A DNA stretch of 47,184 bases. Source: Algoriphagus sp. Lineage in GTDB: Bacteria; Bacteroidota; Bacteroidia; Cytophagales; Cyclobacteriaceae. Both the position numbers and the translations under genes were made by a program. Positions 28,096 through 36,973 of this stretch are shown here, piece after piece. The stretch spans positions 1-47,184 of the forward strand of contig JBIIFN010000001.1 of the NCBI GenBank assembly GCA_044237325.1, read 5' to 3'. The notes beneath the pieces are model-generated. The model was given only the letters and a program-made list of their open reading frames with translations. It was not told the DNA's origin and made no database searches. Within the stretch, counting starts at the first letter, position 1; the number at the start of each line of letters is the position of its first letter.

Positions 28096-29259
28096 ATGCC
28101 CCAACTTCGATTTTCCATCCACCATTACTTCACTTGGTCCTTTCTCCTGGGTCTTGCCTGCCTTTTATTTTTTTCCTGCGGAAAAAAGAGCAGCTCCACC
28201 ATTGAAAGCAGCCCTGTTCCTTTAGATTTTGCCACAGGATTCAAGTTGTACCAAGGCGATGGCTTCTGGGAAATTGAAGTTAGCAAGGGCTATGCAGGTT
28301 CCTCCGAAACCTACCGCTACCTGGTCTTGGATTCTGGTGTACAAGTCAATTCGGCCAACTACGATGCAGTCATTCAACTTCCCATCACTAAAGTTGTGCT
28401 GACTTCTACCACCCAAGTACCTCACTTGGATGCCTTGGGGCAGACCGATTTGCTGGTAGGCTTTCCCCAACTCGATCTTATCTCCTCTCGGGCTGCACGG
28501 CAGCGAATTGCGGCAGGAAAAGTTCAGGACTTGGGTTCGGGGCCTTCGGCGAATCCTGAGTTGGTGTTGGACCTGCAACCCGATTGGATCATGATTTCCA
28601 CTTTGGGGGAGGATCTTCGGTACTTGGAGGTATTCAAACAGGCGGGCATCCCTGCCCTCATCAACGGGGAATATGTGGAGCAAAATCCCTTGGGCAGAGC
28701 CGAATGGATCAAGTTTACCGGAGTGCTTTTGGGTAACTATGCAGCCGCTTCGGCCCAGTTTGAACAAATCAAAAAAGACTATAATGAAGCGGCAAACTTA
28801 GCGAGTTCGATTCCGGAAAAAGACAAACCCCGCGTTCTCAGTGGGGTCATGTATCAGGACATCTGGTATGCGCCTAGTGCGGACAGTTGGGCAGCACAGC
28901 TCCTCAGCCAAGCGGGAGGCAACTATGCATTTGAAGAAAATTCGGGTTCGGGCAGCCTGCAACTCAATTACGAGTACGTGCTCGACCAGGCCAGCTCGGC
29001 TCCCATTTGGATTGGGGCGGCAGACTTTGCTTCAAAAGCTGAGATGGGAACTCGCGAGCCCCGCTATCAAGCTTTTGCAGCTTGGCAGGCTGGGGAACTG
29101 TACACCTACACGGCCAAGAAAGGAGAAACAGGAGGTTTGGAGTATTTTGAATTGGGCTATTTGCGCCCCGACTTGATTCTAAAAGACTTGATCAAAATTC
29201 TACATCCCCAGTTACTGCCGGAGTACCAAACCTATTTTTACCAAAAATTACCGAACTAA
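28096..29259 (+). CDS. btuF: Cobalamin/iron-siderophore ABC transporter substrate-binding lipoprotein
   Basis: Lipobox LFFSC; EQNPLGRAEWIKF and RPDLILKDL motifs; ATG 28096 (track start 27823 lies inside the riboswitch). Confidence 0.82.
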   Translation: MPQLRFSIHHYFTWSFLLGLACLLFFSCGKKSSSTIESSPVPLDFATGFKLYQGDGFWEIEVSKGYAGSSETYRYLVLDSGVQVNSANYDAVIQLPITKVVLTSTTQVPHLDALGQTDLLVGFPQLDLISSRAARQRIAAGKVQDLGSGPSANPELVLDLQPDWIMISTLGEDLRYLEVFKQAGIPALINGEYVEQNPLGRAEWIKFTGVLLGNYAAASAQFEQIKKDYNEAANLASSIPEKDKPRVLSGVMYQDIWYAPSADSWAAQLLSQAGGNYAFEENSGSGSLQLNYEYVLDQASSAPIWIGAADFASKAEMGTREPRYQAFAAWQAGELYTYTAKKGETGGLEYFELGYLRPDLILKDLIKILHPQLLPEYQTYFYQKLPN

Positions 29260-29356
29260 GTCGGTCGAAATGGGATTTCCTCCCGTATTTTAGCCCGGAA
29301 GAATCGGTTTGGTACCGGTTGCTCCAAGCCCTAGCATCAAGAATTACCCCCTGTCC

Positions 29357-30376
29357 ATGTCCTTCAGACGCTTCCTTTTTCCACTTACCTTCCTCCTTCT
29401 TGGGATGAGTTTCTTGCTCAACCTGAGCATGGGTAGCGTGTGGATTCCGCCTGCGGAAATGGTGGAAGGAATACTATCTGGAAACTGGAGCAAAAATTCC
29501 TGGGAGCAAATTATCCTGCACTACCGACTTCCTAAGGCCTTGGTAGCAATTTTGGCGGGGATAGGACTCAGCGTGAGTGGCTTGCAGATGCAGACCTTTT
29601 TTCGAAACCCACTGGCCGGACCCTATGTGCTGGGTATCAGTTCGGGAGCGGGATTAGGCGTAGCCTTGCTGATGCTGGCTGGTGCAGCTTTTGGAATATC
29701 CCTTACCGGGCTAAATTCTTGGGCTATTGCCGGAGCAGGAATTCTTGGCGCAGGCAGCTTGCTAGCTCTTGTTACCTTGGTGGCCTGGCGAGTAAAAGAT
29801 TCGATGACGTTATTGATCGTAGGCCTGATGGTGGGCAGTGCGGTATCTGCGGTTGTGGCCGTGCTCTCCTTTTTTTCTGGAGCAGAAGCCTTGAAGCTCT
29901 ATACCGTATGGTCCATGGGTAGTTTGGGTGCGCTGACCTGGTCACAGGTAAGCATCCTTGGCATTCTGATTTTGATTGGAACCCTTCCTATTGTCGGTTC
30001 GGTCAAGTCCTACAATGCCTTGCTGATGGGAGAAACTTATGCCCGCAGCATGGGGATTCATACGACAAGTCTCCGTTGGTGGATGATCGGGAGTGCTGGT
30101 ATTTTGGCAGGTGGAATTACCGCTTTTTGTGGACCCATCGCATTCTTGGGTATAGCCGTTCCTCATCTGGCACGCATGGCTTGGAAAAGTGCAGACCATC
30201 GGGTGCTATTCCCTGGTTCGGCCGTCTTGGGGGCAAGTTTGCTCCTGCTCTGCGATGCCTTTAGTCATTTTCCAGGATGGTCCAGCTCGCTACCCATCAA
30301 TGCAGTCACCTCCTTGATTGGTGCCCCTCTGGTAATTTCCTTGATCTTAAAAAAGAACTTCAGCAAAGACTTCTAG
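29357..30376 (+). CDS. btuC: FecCD/BtuC family ABC permease
   Basis: RLPKAL, QTFFRNPLAGPYVLGISSGA, GPIAFLGIAVPHLAR. Confidence 0.88.
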   Translation: MSFRRFLFPLTFLLLGMSFLLNLSMGSVWIPPAEMVEGILSGNWSKNSWEQIILHYRLPKALVAILAGIGLSVSGLQMQTFFRNPLAGPYVLGISSGAGLGVALLMLAGAAFGISLTGLNSWAIAGAGILGAGSLLALVTLVAWRVKDSMTLLIVGLMVGSAVSAVVAVLSFFSGAEALKLYTVWSMGSLGALTWSQVSILGILILIGTLPIVGSVKSYNALLMGETYARSMGIHTTSLRWWMIGSAGILAGGITAFCGPIAFLGIAVPHLARMAWKSADHRVLFPGSAVLGASLLLLCDAFSHFPGWSSSLPINAVTSLIGAPLVISLILKKNFSKDF

Positions 30377-30379
30377 AGG

Positions 30380-31354
30380 ATGAAACAGCACCAAATCGCA
30401 TTGGAAGGAATTGGACTCCAGCTTGGGTATAGCCAGGAAGGGATGCGGAAACCGCTTTTGGAGGATTTGAATTTTCAATTGGTTGCCGGGGAGCTCACCT
30501 GCCTTTTGGGTCCGAATGGGGTTGGAAAATCCACACTAATCAAAGCCATTTTGGGGGAAATTACCCCTTGGGAAGGTCAACTTTTGCTAAAGCAGGAACT
30601 TCTCTCCTCCTATTCCATACAAGACAGAGCGAAGCACATCGCGGTGGTCTTGACGGATCCCATTTATCCGGGCAACCTGACCGTGGGGCAGTTGGTGGCT
30701 TTGGGAAGGACCCCGCATACGAATTGGCTGGGAAAATTGGACAATACAGACCGAGCCCTTGTGGAAAAAGCCTTAGCAGACACGCGTATCGGGTATTTGC
30801 GAGATGCTCGCCTGGGGGAACTTAGCGATGGACAGCGGCAAAAGGCCATGATTGCACGAGCTTTGGCGCAAGATGGATCGGTGATTGTATTGGATGAGCC
30901 TACCGCACACTTGGATTTGGTCAATCGCTTAGAGATCATGAGTTTGCTGCGCGAAATCAGCCGCAGCCAGGGAAAAGCCATCCTGGTGGTGACCCATGAC
31001 TTGGACATTGCTTTGGAGACGGCGGATCGATTTTGGATCCTGAATTGTGGTATCCCACTCCTGTCTGGAACCCCGGAAGACCTGGTCCTTTCGGGTCAAA
31101 TTCAGGCCCTTTTTCCTTCGGATCGCTATCAGTTTAATGTGGCCCGAGGACGAGTGGAATGGAGCCAAGCGATGCCCGATTTTCAGATTGAAGGACCTGC
31201 CGAACAGGCCTATTGGGTAAAGAAAGCATTGATAAAGGCAGGTATTGCCTCCTTGGATCAACCATTGGTGATTACGGCACCTTTCGGATTGAGGCTTGGG
31301 GAGAAAACCTTTGGAACCCTTGAGGAATTGATTGGAGAGCTAAAGCAGGGTTGA
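30380..31354 (+). CDS. btuD: ABC transporter ATP-binding protein
   Basis: GPNGVGKST, LSDGQRQK, LDEPTAHLD, VTHD. Confidence 0.88.
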   Translation: MKQHQIALEGIGLQLGYSQEGMRKPLLEDLNFQLVAGELTCLLGPNGVGKSTLIKAILGEITPWEGQLLLKQELLSSYSIQDRAKHIAVVLTDPIYPGNLTVGQLVALGRTPHTNWLGKLDNTDRALVEKALADTRIGYLRDARLGELSDGQRQKAMIARALAQDGSVIVLDEPTAHLDLVNRLEIMSLLREISRSQGKAILVVTHDLDIALETADRFWILNCGIPLLSGTPEDLVLSGQIQALFPSDRYQFNVARGRVEWSQAMPDFQIEGPAEQAYWVKKALIKAGIASLDQPLVITAPFGLRLGEKTFGTLEELIGELKQG

Positions 31355-31504
31355 AAAAACAAAAAAATAAAACTACCTCAGCCGTTTTTTTCGTACCTTA
31401 TCTTTTGATTTCAAGAAAGTTAATGGGAGCCTCAAGGGGAACGGCATTAATTAAATTTTGGCGAAACAATTTTTTAAATGGGAACTAAAAAGCTAGCTTT
31501 AAAT

Positions 31505-31521
31505 GTTCCCTATTTGGGAAC
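31505..31521. promoter_or_regulatory. Palindromic operator candidate for HigA
   Basis: GTTCCC-TATTT-GGGAAC, 17 nt upstream of the higB GTG; a further TGGGAAC half-site near 31479-31485. Confidence 0.65.
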
Positions 31522-31538
31522 TTTTTATATTTTTACCG

Positions 31539-31832
31539 GTGAGAATTATCGCAAAAAAGACACTCAGAGAGTTTTGGCAAATCCATAATGACTGTGAGCA
31601 ATCATTAAAGTCTTGGTATAAGGAAGCTTTTGAGGCAACTTGGGCTTCACCACGAGACATCAAGAACAAGTATCCTTCCGCGAGTTTTCTTGCAGAAAAT
31701 AGAGTGGTGTTCAATGTAAAAGGAAATAAATATCGATTGGTAGTGAAAATCAACTATGATTTTTCTTTGGTCTGGATACGATTTATTGGAACACATGCAG
31801 AATACGACAAAATAAACGCATCAAATCACTAA
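31539..31832 (+). CDS. higB: Type II TA toxin, HigB family
   Basis: RIIAKKTLREFW, VFNVKGNKYRLVV, FIGTHAEYDKI; GTG start at 31539. Confidence 0.93.
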   Translation: MRIIAKKTLREFWQIHNDCEQSLKSWYKEAFEATWASPRDIKNKYPSASFLAENRVVFNVKGNKYRLVVKINYDFSLVWIRFIGTHAEYDKINASNH

Positions 31833-31836
31833 GCTA

Positions 31837-32193
31837 ATGATCCTAAAAATCTTAAAAACAAAAGAAGACTACGAAGCAGCTTTGATTCGACTTGAGGCAA
31901 TTTTCGATAGCAAAAAAGGTGATAACACTGCGGACGAACTGGAGTTACTCTCCCTGCTCATTGAAAATTATGAAAACCAGCAGCATCCAATTGATTTACC
32001 TGACCCTATTGAAGCAATCAAATTTCGAATGGATCAATTGGGCTACAAACAAAAAGATCTGGCAAAGGCCTTAGGACAAAAAAGTAGGGTAAGTGAGGTG
32101 CTCAATAAAAAGAGAAAACTATCCATAGAAATGATCCGCAAACTTCATGAAACGCTAGGAATTCCTTCTGAGGTCCTGATTCGGGACTATTAG
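31837..32193 (+). CDS. higA: Type II TA antitoxin HigA (HTH)
   Basis: PDPIEAIKFRMDQ, KSRVSEVLNKKRKLS; follows the toxin (toxin-first order). Confidence 0.93.
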   Translation: MILKILKTKEDYEAALIRLEAIFDSKKGDNTADELELLSLLIENYENQQHPIDLPDPIEAIKFRMDQLGYKQKDLAKALGQKSRVSEVLNKKRKLSIEMIRKLHETLGIPSEVLIRDY

Positions 32194-32358
32194 AACTGGG
32201 TAGAGTCGCAATTACATCGTTGGGTTTATTCAAAAGCAGCCTGTTCGAACTACCACCCCTAACTTTCTTTTCAAGAGACAATCGTAAGGGAATTCTCAAC
32301 TTCCTCGGTGCACAAATGCCCCCATCCCCCTATCTTGCAGTACCAAATTGAAATTTCC

Positions 32359-32916
32359 ATGAAGCGTCTCGCAATTCTCGCCACCGGCTCTGGCAGCAAT
32401 GCCGAAAAAATCATGGAGCACTTTGCACATTCCTCCAAAGGGAAGGTGGTGCTGGTCGCCGCCAACAAGACTAAGGCTGGGGTCTTGGCGCGCGCTCAAA
32501 AATTTGGTGTTCCTACGTTTACCTTTACTCGACCCGAATTAGAGGAAGGCCTACTCTTGGAAAAGCTGCAGGAGGCCCAGGTAGATTGGGTGATATTGGC
32601 GGGATTCCTGCTGAAGGTTCCCGATGCACTGATCCGAGCCTTTCCCAATCGCATGGTGAATATCCATCCGGCTCTTCTCCCGAATTACGGAGGGAAGGGT
32701 ATGTATGGGCATCACGTGCATGAAGCCGTAAAGGCTGCTGGGGATACCGAGTCGGGGATTACCATCCACTTGGTCAACGAGCACTACGACGAGGGCAAGA
32801 TCATTTTTCAAGCGGCCACTTCCCTCCTTCCCGAGGACAGCGCAGAGACTATCGCCGCGAAGGTCCTTGCCTTGGAGCACCGGTATTTCGCCGAGGTGAT
32901 TGAAAGTTTACTTTAA
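32359..32916 (+). CDS. purN: Phosphoribosylglycinamide formyltransferase
   Basis: LATGSGSNA, LAGFL, NIHPALLP, GITIHLVNEHYDEG. Confidence 0.96.
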   Translation: MKRLAILATGSGSNAEKIMEHFAHSSKGKVVLVAANKTKAGVLARAQKFGVPTFTFTRPELEEGLLLEKLQEAQVDWVILAGFLLKVPDALIRAFPNRMVNIHPALLPNYGGKGMYGHHVHEAVKAAGDTESGITIHLVNEHYDEGKIIFQAATSLLPEDSAETIAAKVLALEHRYFAEVIESLL

Positions 32917-32921
32917 CTGGA

Positions 32922-32949
32922 TACTTTTTCTTCTTCTTTCAGCGTTGGA
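32922..32949 (+). repeat. Dispersed repeat, copy 1
   Basis: TACTTTTTCTTCTTCTTTCAGCGTTGGA, 26/28 identical to 35651-35678. Confidence 0.85.
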
Positions 32950-33232
32950 TATACTAGATTCGGAGTTCAATAAACATTAATTTTTCAAAATCATGTGGTG
33001 GCTCAGCAGGCTTGTAAACACCTGCTTCTACGCACTCACGGAAGCTATACAATGGGCGATAGTTCAGTTAATTTAAATTAAAACTCTTTTTGGATAGCCA
33101 CAAAAACTGATACTTATATATGAAGTATTCCCTAGATTCTATTGTAAATCTTTATCTTAGAAGAAATCTAAAAATAACATTCCGGGACTTTAAAAAACGA
33201 CAACTAAAAAAAGTTTAAATCCGTTAACAGAC

Positions 33233-33886
33233 ATGAAAATGAAAAAAAATAATGTTACGCTGATAGTTTTACTACCTATACTCCTCTTTGCTTGTGGAGG
33301 AATGGAAGTAGATGTTATAACCTTTACCGAACCTCAACCTGGCGGTAAAAATAGTCTTACAAATTTTCCAAAGAACTTGCATGGAGAATACTTGAGTGAA
33401 AACAGTAAATCAACGCTGTATTTATCTAGTAAATTTATTCGACGCATTGATGATCTCTCCTATAAAATGCACATCTCAGAATTAGATAGTAACTATAGGC
33501 TCGTTGGCGACACTATTTTAGCTGTGCAGGAAGGTGAAAAATGGCCCATAATTCGAGAGGGGGATAGCTTAAAGATTGAGGATTTTAAAATTGACACACT
33601 TTTTCGGTTCAATGATCAAAATATCCTTAAGAAACATAAAGACACTTATTTCTTGAATAAATCTTGGGAAGAGAATGGATGGGGAGTCCTAAAAATTGAG
33701 GTTACAAAAGGAACACTAACGCTAAGTAGTCTAACAGAAGAAGAGGTTGAGGCGTTAAAAAAAGTAGGTAAAGAGACTTTAGATTCTATACCTTACAAAT
33801 TTGAACTAGAAGACAAAAATTTTCTTGATTTTGTGAAAAATGGAGGGTTTAAAAACCAAGAGCATTTTACAAAACAAAAAAAATAG
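33233..33886 (+). CDS. Hypothetical lipoprotein
   Basis: Lipobox LLFAC; FTEPQP motif; no family recognised. Confidence 0.8.
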   Translation: MKMKKNNVTLIVLLPILLFACGGMEVDVITFTEPQPGGKNSLTNFPKNLHGEYLSENSKSTLYLSSKFIRRIDDLSYKMHISELDSNYRLVGDTILAVQEGEKWPIIREGDSLKIEDFKIDTLFRFNDQNILKKHKDTYFLNKSWEENGWGVLKIEVTKGTLTLSSLTEEEVEALKKVGKETLDSIPYKFELEDKNFLDFVKNGGFKNQEHFTKQKK

Positions 33887-33906
33887 CAAGGCTTAAAATA
33901 AAAAAA

Positions 33907-34527
33907 ATGAAAAATAAACTATTCCTAGCACTTGTTTTCGGTTTACTCGTGAATCAAAAACTATTCGCAGACTCTCCTTTAACGTCAACACAAATAAGCA
34001 ATGCCTACCAAGATTATGCGATTATCCAATTAGCCAGTAAATCAAATGGGGATATAACTGTTGATTTAATGGATTATTTATATGAAAAATCTAATCCAAT
34101 TGATGTAAAAATCGCTGTAATAAACGAAATAGCTAATTCTGGATGGAGAATTGAATTCAAGGTAAAAAATAATGCGGCGATTTTTCTTAAATATCTAGAA
34201 CAAAAAGAAAGTGGATTTTCAATGAACGGAAATCCAAATGCAGAAATCTTAATCTCCTATGCCTACTTGAAAGCTTTAGATGATTATTTCGATGTGGCTG
34301 AAGCTACGCAATGGGCTGACATAGCGAAATATAGAAATGAAGAAAGCTATACCATCAACATTGTTTGGGCCTTGATTCACGCCCAGCAAGCGATGGATTC
34401 TGATTGGTGTGAAGTTTACAAACTAACGAATAGCGTTAGAGAAAATAAAGGATTGAAAAAAGACATGAAGGAGGAGGCTATATCTATTATTTTTGACTAT
34501 ATGGATCCATATAAAAAATATTGTTAA
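33907..34527 (+). CDS. Hypothetical secreted protein (helical)
   Basis: Signal peptide ending LFA-DSPLTST; SYAYLKALDDYF. Confidence 0.8.
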   Translation: MKNKLFLALVFGLLVNQKLFADSPLTSTQISNAYQDYAIIQLASKSNGDITVDLMDYLYEKSNPIDVKIAVINEIANSGWRIEFKVKNNAAIFLKYLEQKESGFSMNGNPNAEILISYAYLKALDDYFDVAEATQWADIAKYRNEESYTINIVWALIHAQQAMDSDWCEVYKLTNSVRENKGLKKDMKEEAISIIFDYMDPYKKYC

Positions 34528-34591
34528 CGAAAAATTCGCCTTATCATATTAATATTTAAAACTAAAATTCATTTAACTAATTAAGAAAAAT

Positions 34592-35002
34592 ATGAAAACA
34601 CTTCTGTTAACCTCCTTGATTTTTTTCGCATTTGCGACAGTGAAAGGTCAAACCATCCAGTCCAGCAACTACGGTACCACAGGGTATATCAAATCTGACG
34701 GAACAATTCAAAACAGCAGTTATTCAACGGTTGGATACATCAAACCAAACGGAACCATTCAAAATAGCAGCTATTCCACGATTGGATACATCAAAAGCGA
34801 TGGAACAATACAAAATAGTAGCTATTCAACTGTTGGCTATGTGAAAAGTAATGGGACTGTTCAGAATAGCAGTTATTCAACCATAGGCTATATCAAGGAT
34901 GATGGAACTGTCCAAGACAGCAGTTATTCAACGATTGGCTATGCCAAAGGGGTAAGAAAAGAATGGGCAGCAGTCGCATTTTTCTTTTTTAGATTTAATT
35001 AA
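34592..35002 (+). CDS. Secreted 17-aa tandem repeat protein, beta-flower-like
   Basis: Signal peptide, six GTIQNSSYSTIGYIKSD-type units (34649-34948), hydrophobic C-terminal EWAAVAFFFF. Confidence 0.8.
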   Translation: MKTLLLTSLIFFAFATVKGQTIQSSNYGTTGYIKSDGTIQNSSYSTVGYIKPNGTIQNSSYSTIGYIKSDGTIQNSSYSTVGYVKSNGTVQNSSYSTIGYIKDDGTVQDSSYSTIGYAKGVRKEWAAVAFFFFRFN

Positions 35003-35073
35003 ATCATTTGTTTTAAGACAAGAAAAATATCTTTAAAACACCATAACTAAGTTAAACCATAGGTTCAATTAAT

Positions 35074-35544
35074 ATGAATAAAAAAGTTATTTGGTCTCTA
35101 GTATTAATAGCAATTTTTGGATTGATCGGTTATTACTTTTCTCCTGAAAGCAAATTAGCGAATGGACAAAAAGCTGACAAAATTGTTATCAATAAGGCCA
35201 ATCATGAACTTTTACTTTTTAATAACGAAGACCTCCTTGCTAGCTATAGCGTTTCACTAGGAAAAAAAGGTTTGGGGAAGAAAACTAGAGAAGGGGACAA
35301 CCTGACTCCAGAGGGCCGATTTAAAGGAAAGAAAAGGCCGCAAAGCAAATTTCACAAAGCAATTTCTATTGGTGAATGGGGCGACTGTTGTGGAGTCCTT
35401 ATTCATGGGCAGCAATATGGCTGGATCGGCAAATTCCACCGATGGGTAGATTTGTCCGAGGGCTGTGTTGCACTGACAAATGATGAAATTGACGAGATCT
35501 TTTCGGCAGTTAATAATGGGGTTATCATCGAAATCAACCCATAA
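35074..35544 (+). CDS. Small YkuD-family L,D-transpeptidase
   Basis: EGDNLTPEGRF, LIHG...SEGCVAL; N-terminal membrane anchor. Confidence 0.85.
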   Translation: MNKKVIWSLVLIAIFGLIGYYFSPESKLANGQKADKIVINKANHELLLFNNEDLLASYSVSLGKKGLGKKTREGDNLTPEGRFKGKKRPQSKFHKAISIGEWGDCCGVLIHGQQYGWIGKFHRWVDLSEGCVALTNDEIDEIFSAVNNGVIIEINP

Positions 35545-35650
35545 ACATCCTGTCTCATGAACAAAAACAAGTCATGCAACTAATGAAAATTAGGGTTTAA
35601 GGAGTTAAATCTGTTTTTGCATTAATCTGAGTAGGTTTGCTTTGATTCGC

Positions 35651-35693
35651 TACTTTTTCTTCTTCATTCGGCGTTGGAAATTCGGCGTTGGAA
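35651..35693 (+). repeat. Dispersed repeat, copy 2, with internal 14-bp tandem duplication
   Basis: 35651-35678 matches 32922-32949; ATTCGGCGTTGGAA occurs twice (35666-35679, 35680-35693). Confidence 0.85.
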
Positions 35694-35848
35694 ATTAAAT
35701 TAGGCACGGAGTAAATCCATGTGAAATCTCATTTAAGCTAAATTCACTACTGGTTTTTGGAAAAAGACAGAAAGCATTATGCCGTTCGGCTAAAAAATCT
35801 GATTTCAAAAGATTTAAGTGAGTCAAAAAACAGGTTAGCAGAAATTTT

Positions 35849-36925
35849 ATGAAAAAAGCAATTCAACTGTTGATTTCACTAATGCTTGTAGCATCCTGTA
35901 GCCAAGACACTGATATTGACATACCGGACAATACAACTTCTACATTTATATCTGGAGTAGATATTTCAAGTTATCCTGAAATAGCCCTTTCCAATCCTTC
36001 TTTTTATGATTTTGATGGGAATCAAAAGGACTTCTTTACGATACTACAGACAAATGGTGTAAATACAATCAGATTAAAGCTTTGGGTAAATCCTGTTAAT
36101 GAACATTCTAGTTTTAATGAAGTAAAACAGTTTTCAAAATTTTTGAAAGGTAAAGGGTTTAAAGTCTGGTTGACACTACATTATTCAGATACATGGGCTG
36201 ACCCTGGAAGTCAAGAAACGCCATCCGCTTGGAAAGGTCTTGATTTTGTAACACTGAAAGACAGTGTGTATAACTATACTAAGAAGGTTGTTAAGGAAAT
36301 AGAACCAAATTATATCCAGATTGGAAATGAAATAAATTCCGGCATCCTACACCCCCACGGTCATATTTCAAACAATTTTGAAAATTTCATAAAACTCATT
36401 CAAACAGGGGTTTCAGCCGTAAGAGATAATTCAAAGGAGTGTGAAATAATTTTACATTTTGCAGGCATTGAGGGTTCCGAATGGTTTTTCAATAAGGTAA
36501 ATCCGATAGATTATGACATAATTGGCTTGTCTTATTATCCTATTTGGCACGGGAAATCATTAGAAAACCTCAAGTCAACTATGAGGTTATTAAGTGAGAC
36601 AAAAAATAAAAAGATCATTATTGCTGAAACGGCTTATCCTTTTACCCTTCAGTGGAATGATTGGACAAACAATGTCGTCGGTTTAGAAGAACAATTAATC
36701 TTGCCGAAATATCTCGCAAACCCTGAAGGCCAAAGTAGGTTTATAAAGGATTTAAAGGCATTAACTCAAGACTTGAAAAAAGGTATAGGTTTTTGTTATT
36801 GGGGGGCTGAAAAAATCGCTTGGAAAGGAAATCAAGCAACAAATGCTTCGCCATGGGAAAATCAAGCATTGTTTGACTTTAACAATAAGGCTTTACCTGT
36901 TTTAAGAGAGTTTAAAAACAAATAA
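35849..36925 (+). CDS. GH53 arabinogalactan endo-beta-1,4-galactanase, lipoprotein
   Basis: GVDISS, IRLKLWVNP, HYSDTWADPGSQ, QIGNEIN, GLSYYPIWHG, IAETAYP, WENQALFD. Confidence 0.93.
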   Translation: MKKAIQLLISLMLVASCSQDTDIDIPDNTTSTFISGVDISSYPEIALSNPSFYDFDGNQKDFFTILQTNGVNTIRLKLWVNPVNEHSSFNEVKQFSKFLKGKGFKVWLTLHYSDTWADPGSQETPSAWKGLDFVTLKDSVYNYTKKVVKEIEPNYIQIGNEINSGILHPHGHISNNFENFIKLIQTGVSAVRDNSKECEIILHFAGIEGSEWFFNKVNPIDYDIIGLSYYPIWHGKSLENLKSTMRLLSETKNKKIIIAETAYPFTLQWNDWTNNVVGLEEQLILPKYLANPEGQSRFIKDLKALTQDLKKGIGFCYWGAEKIAWKGNQATNASPWENQALFDFNNKALPVLREFKNK

Positions 36926-36973
36926 AAACTTCTGCTAATAGCATATGTTGTATCAGAACCAAAAGCATAGCCC

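Noticed and set aside
26755-28767. Long alternative-frame ORFs (208, 181 and 181 aa) in the btu locus
   Set aside because: Fully overlap well-supported genes and have no recognisable motifs.
34649-34948. 51-nt periodic repeats as a CRISPR array
   Set aside because: No unique spacers; the units are in frame, vary mainly at synonymous positions, and no cas genes are present.
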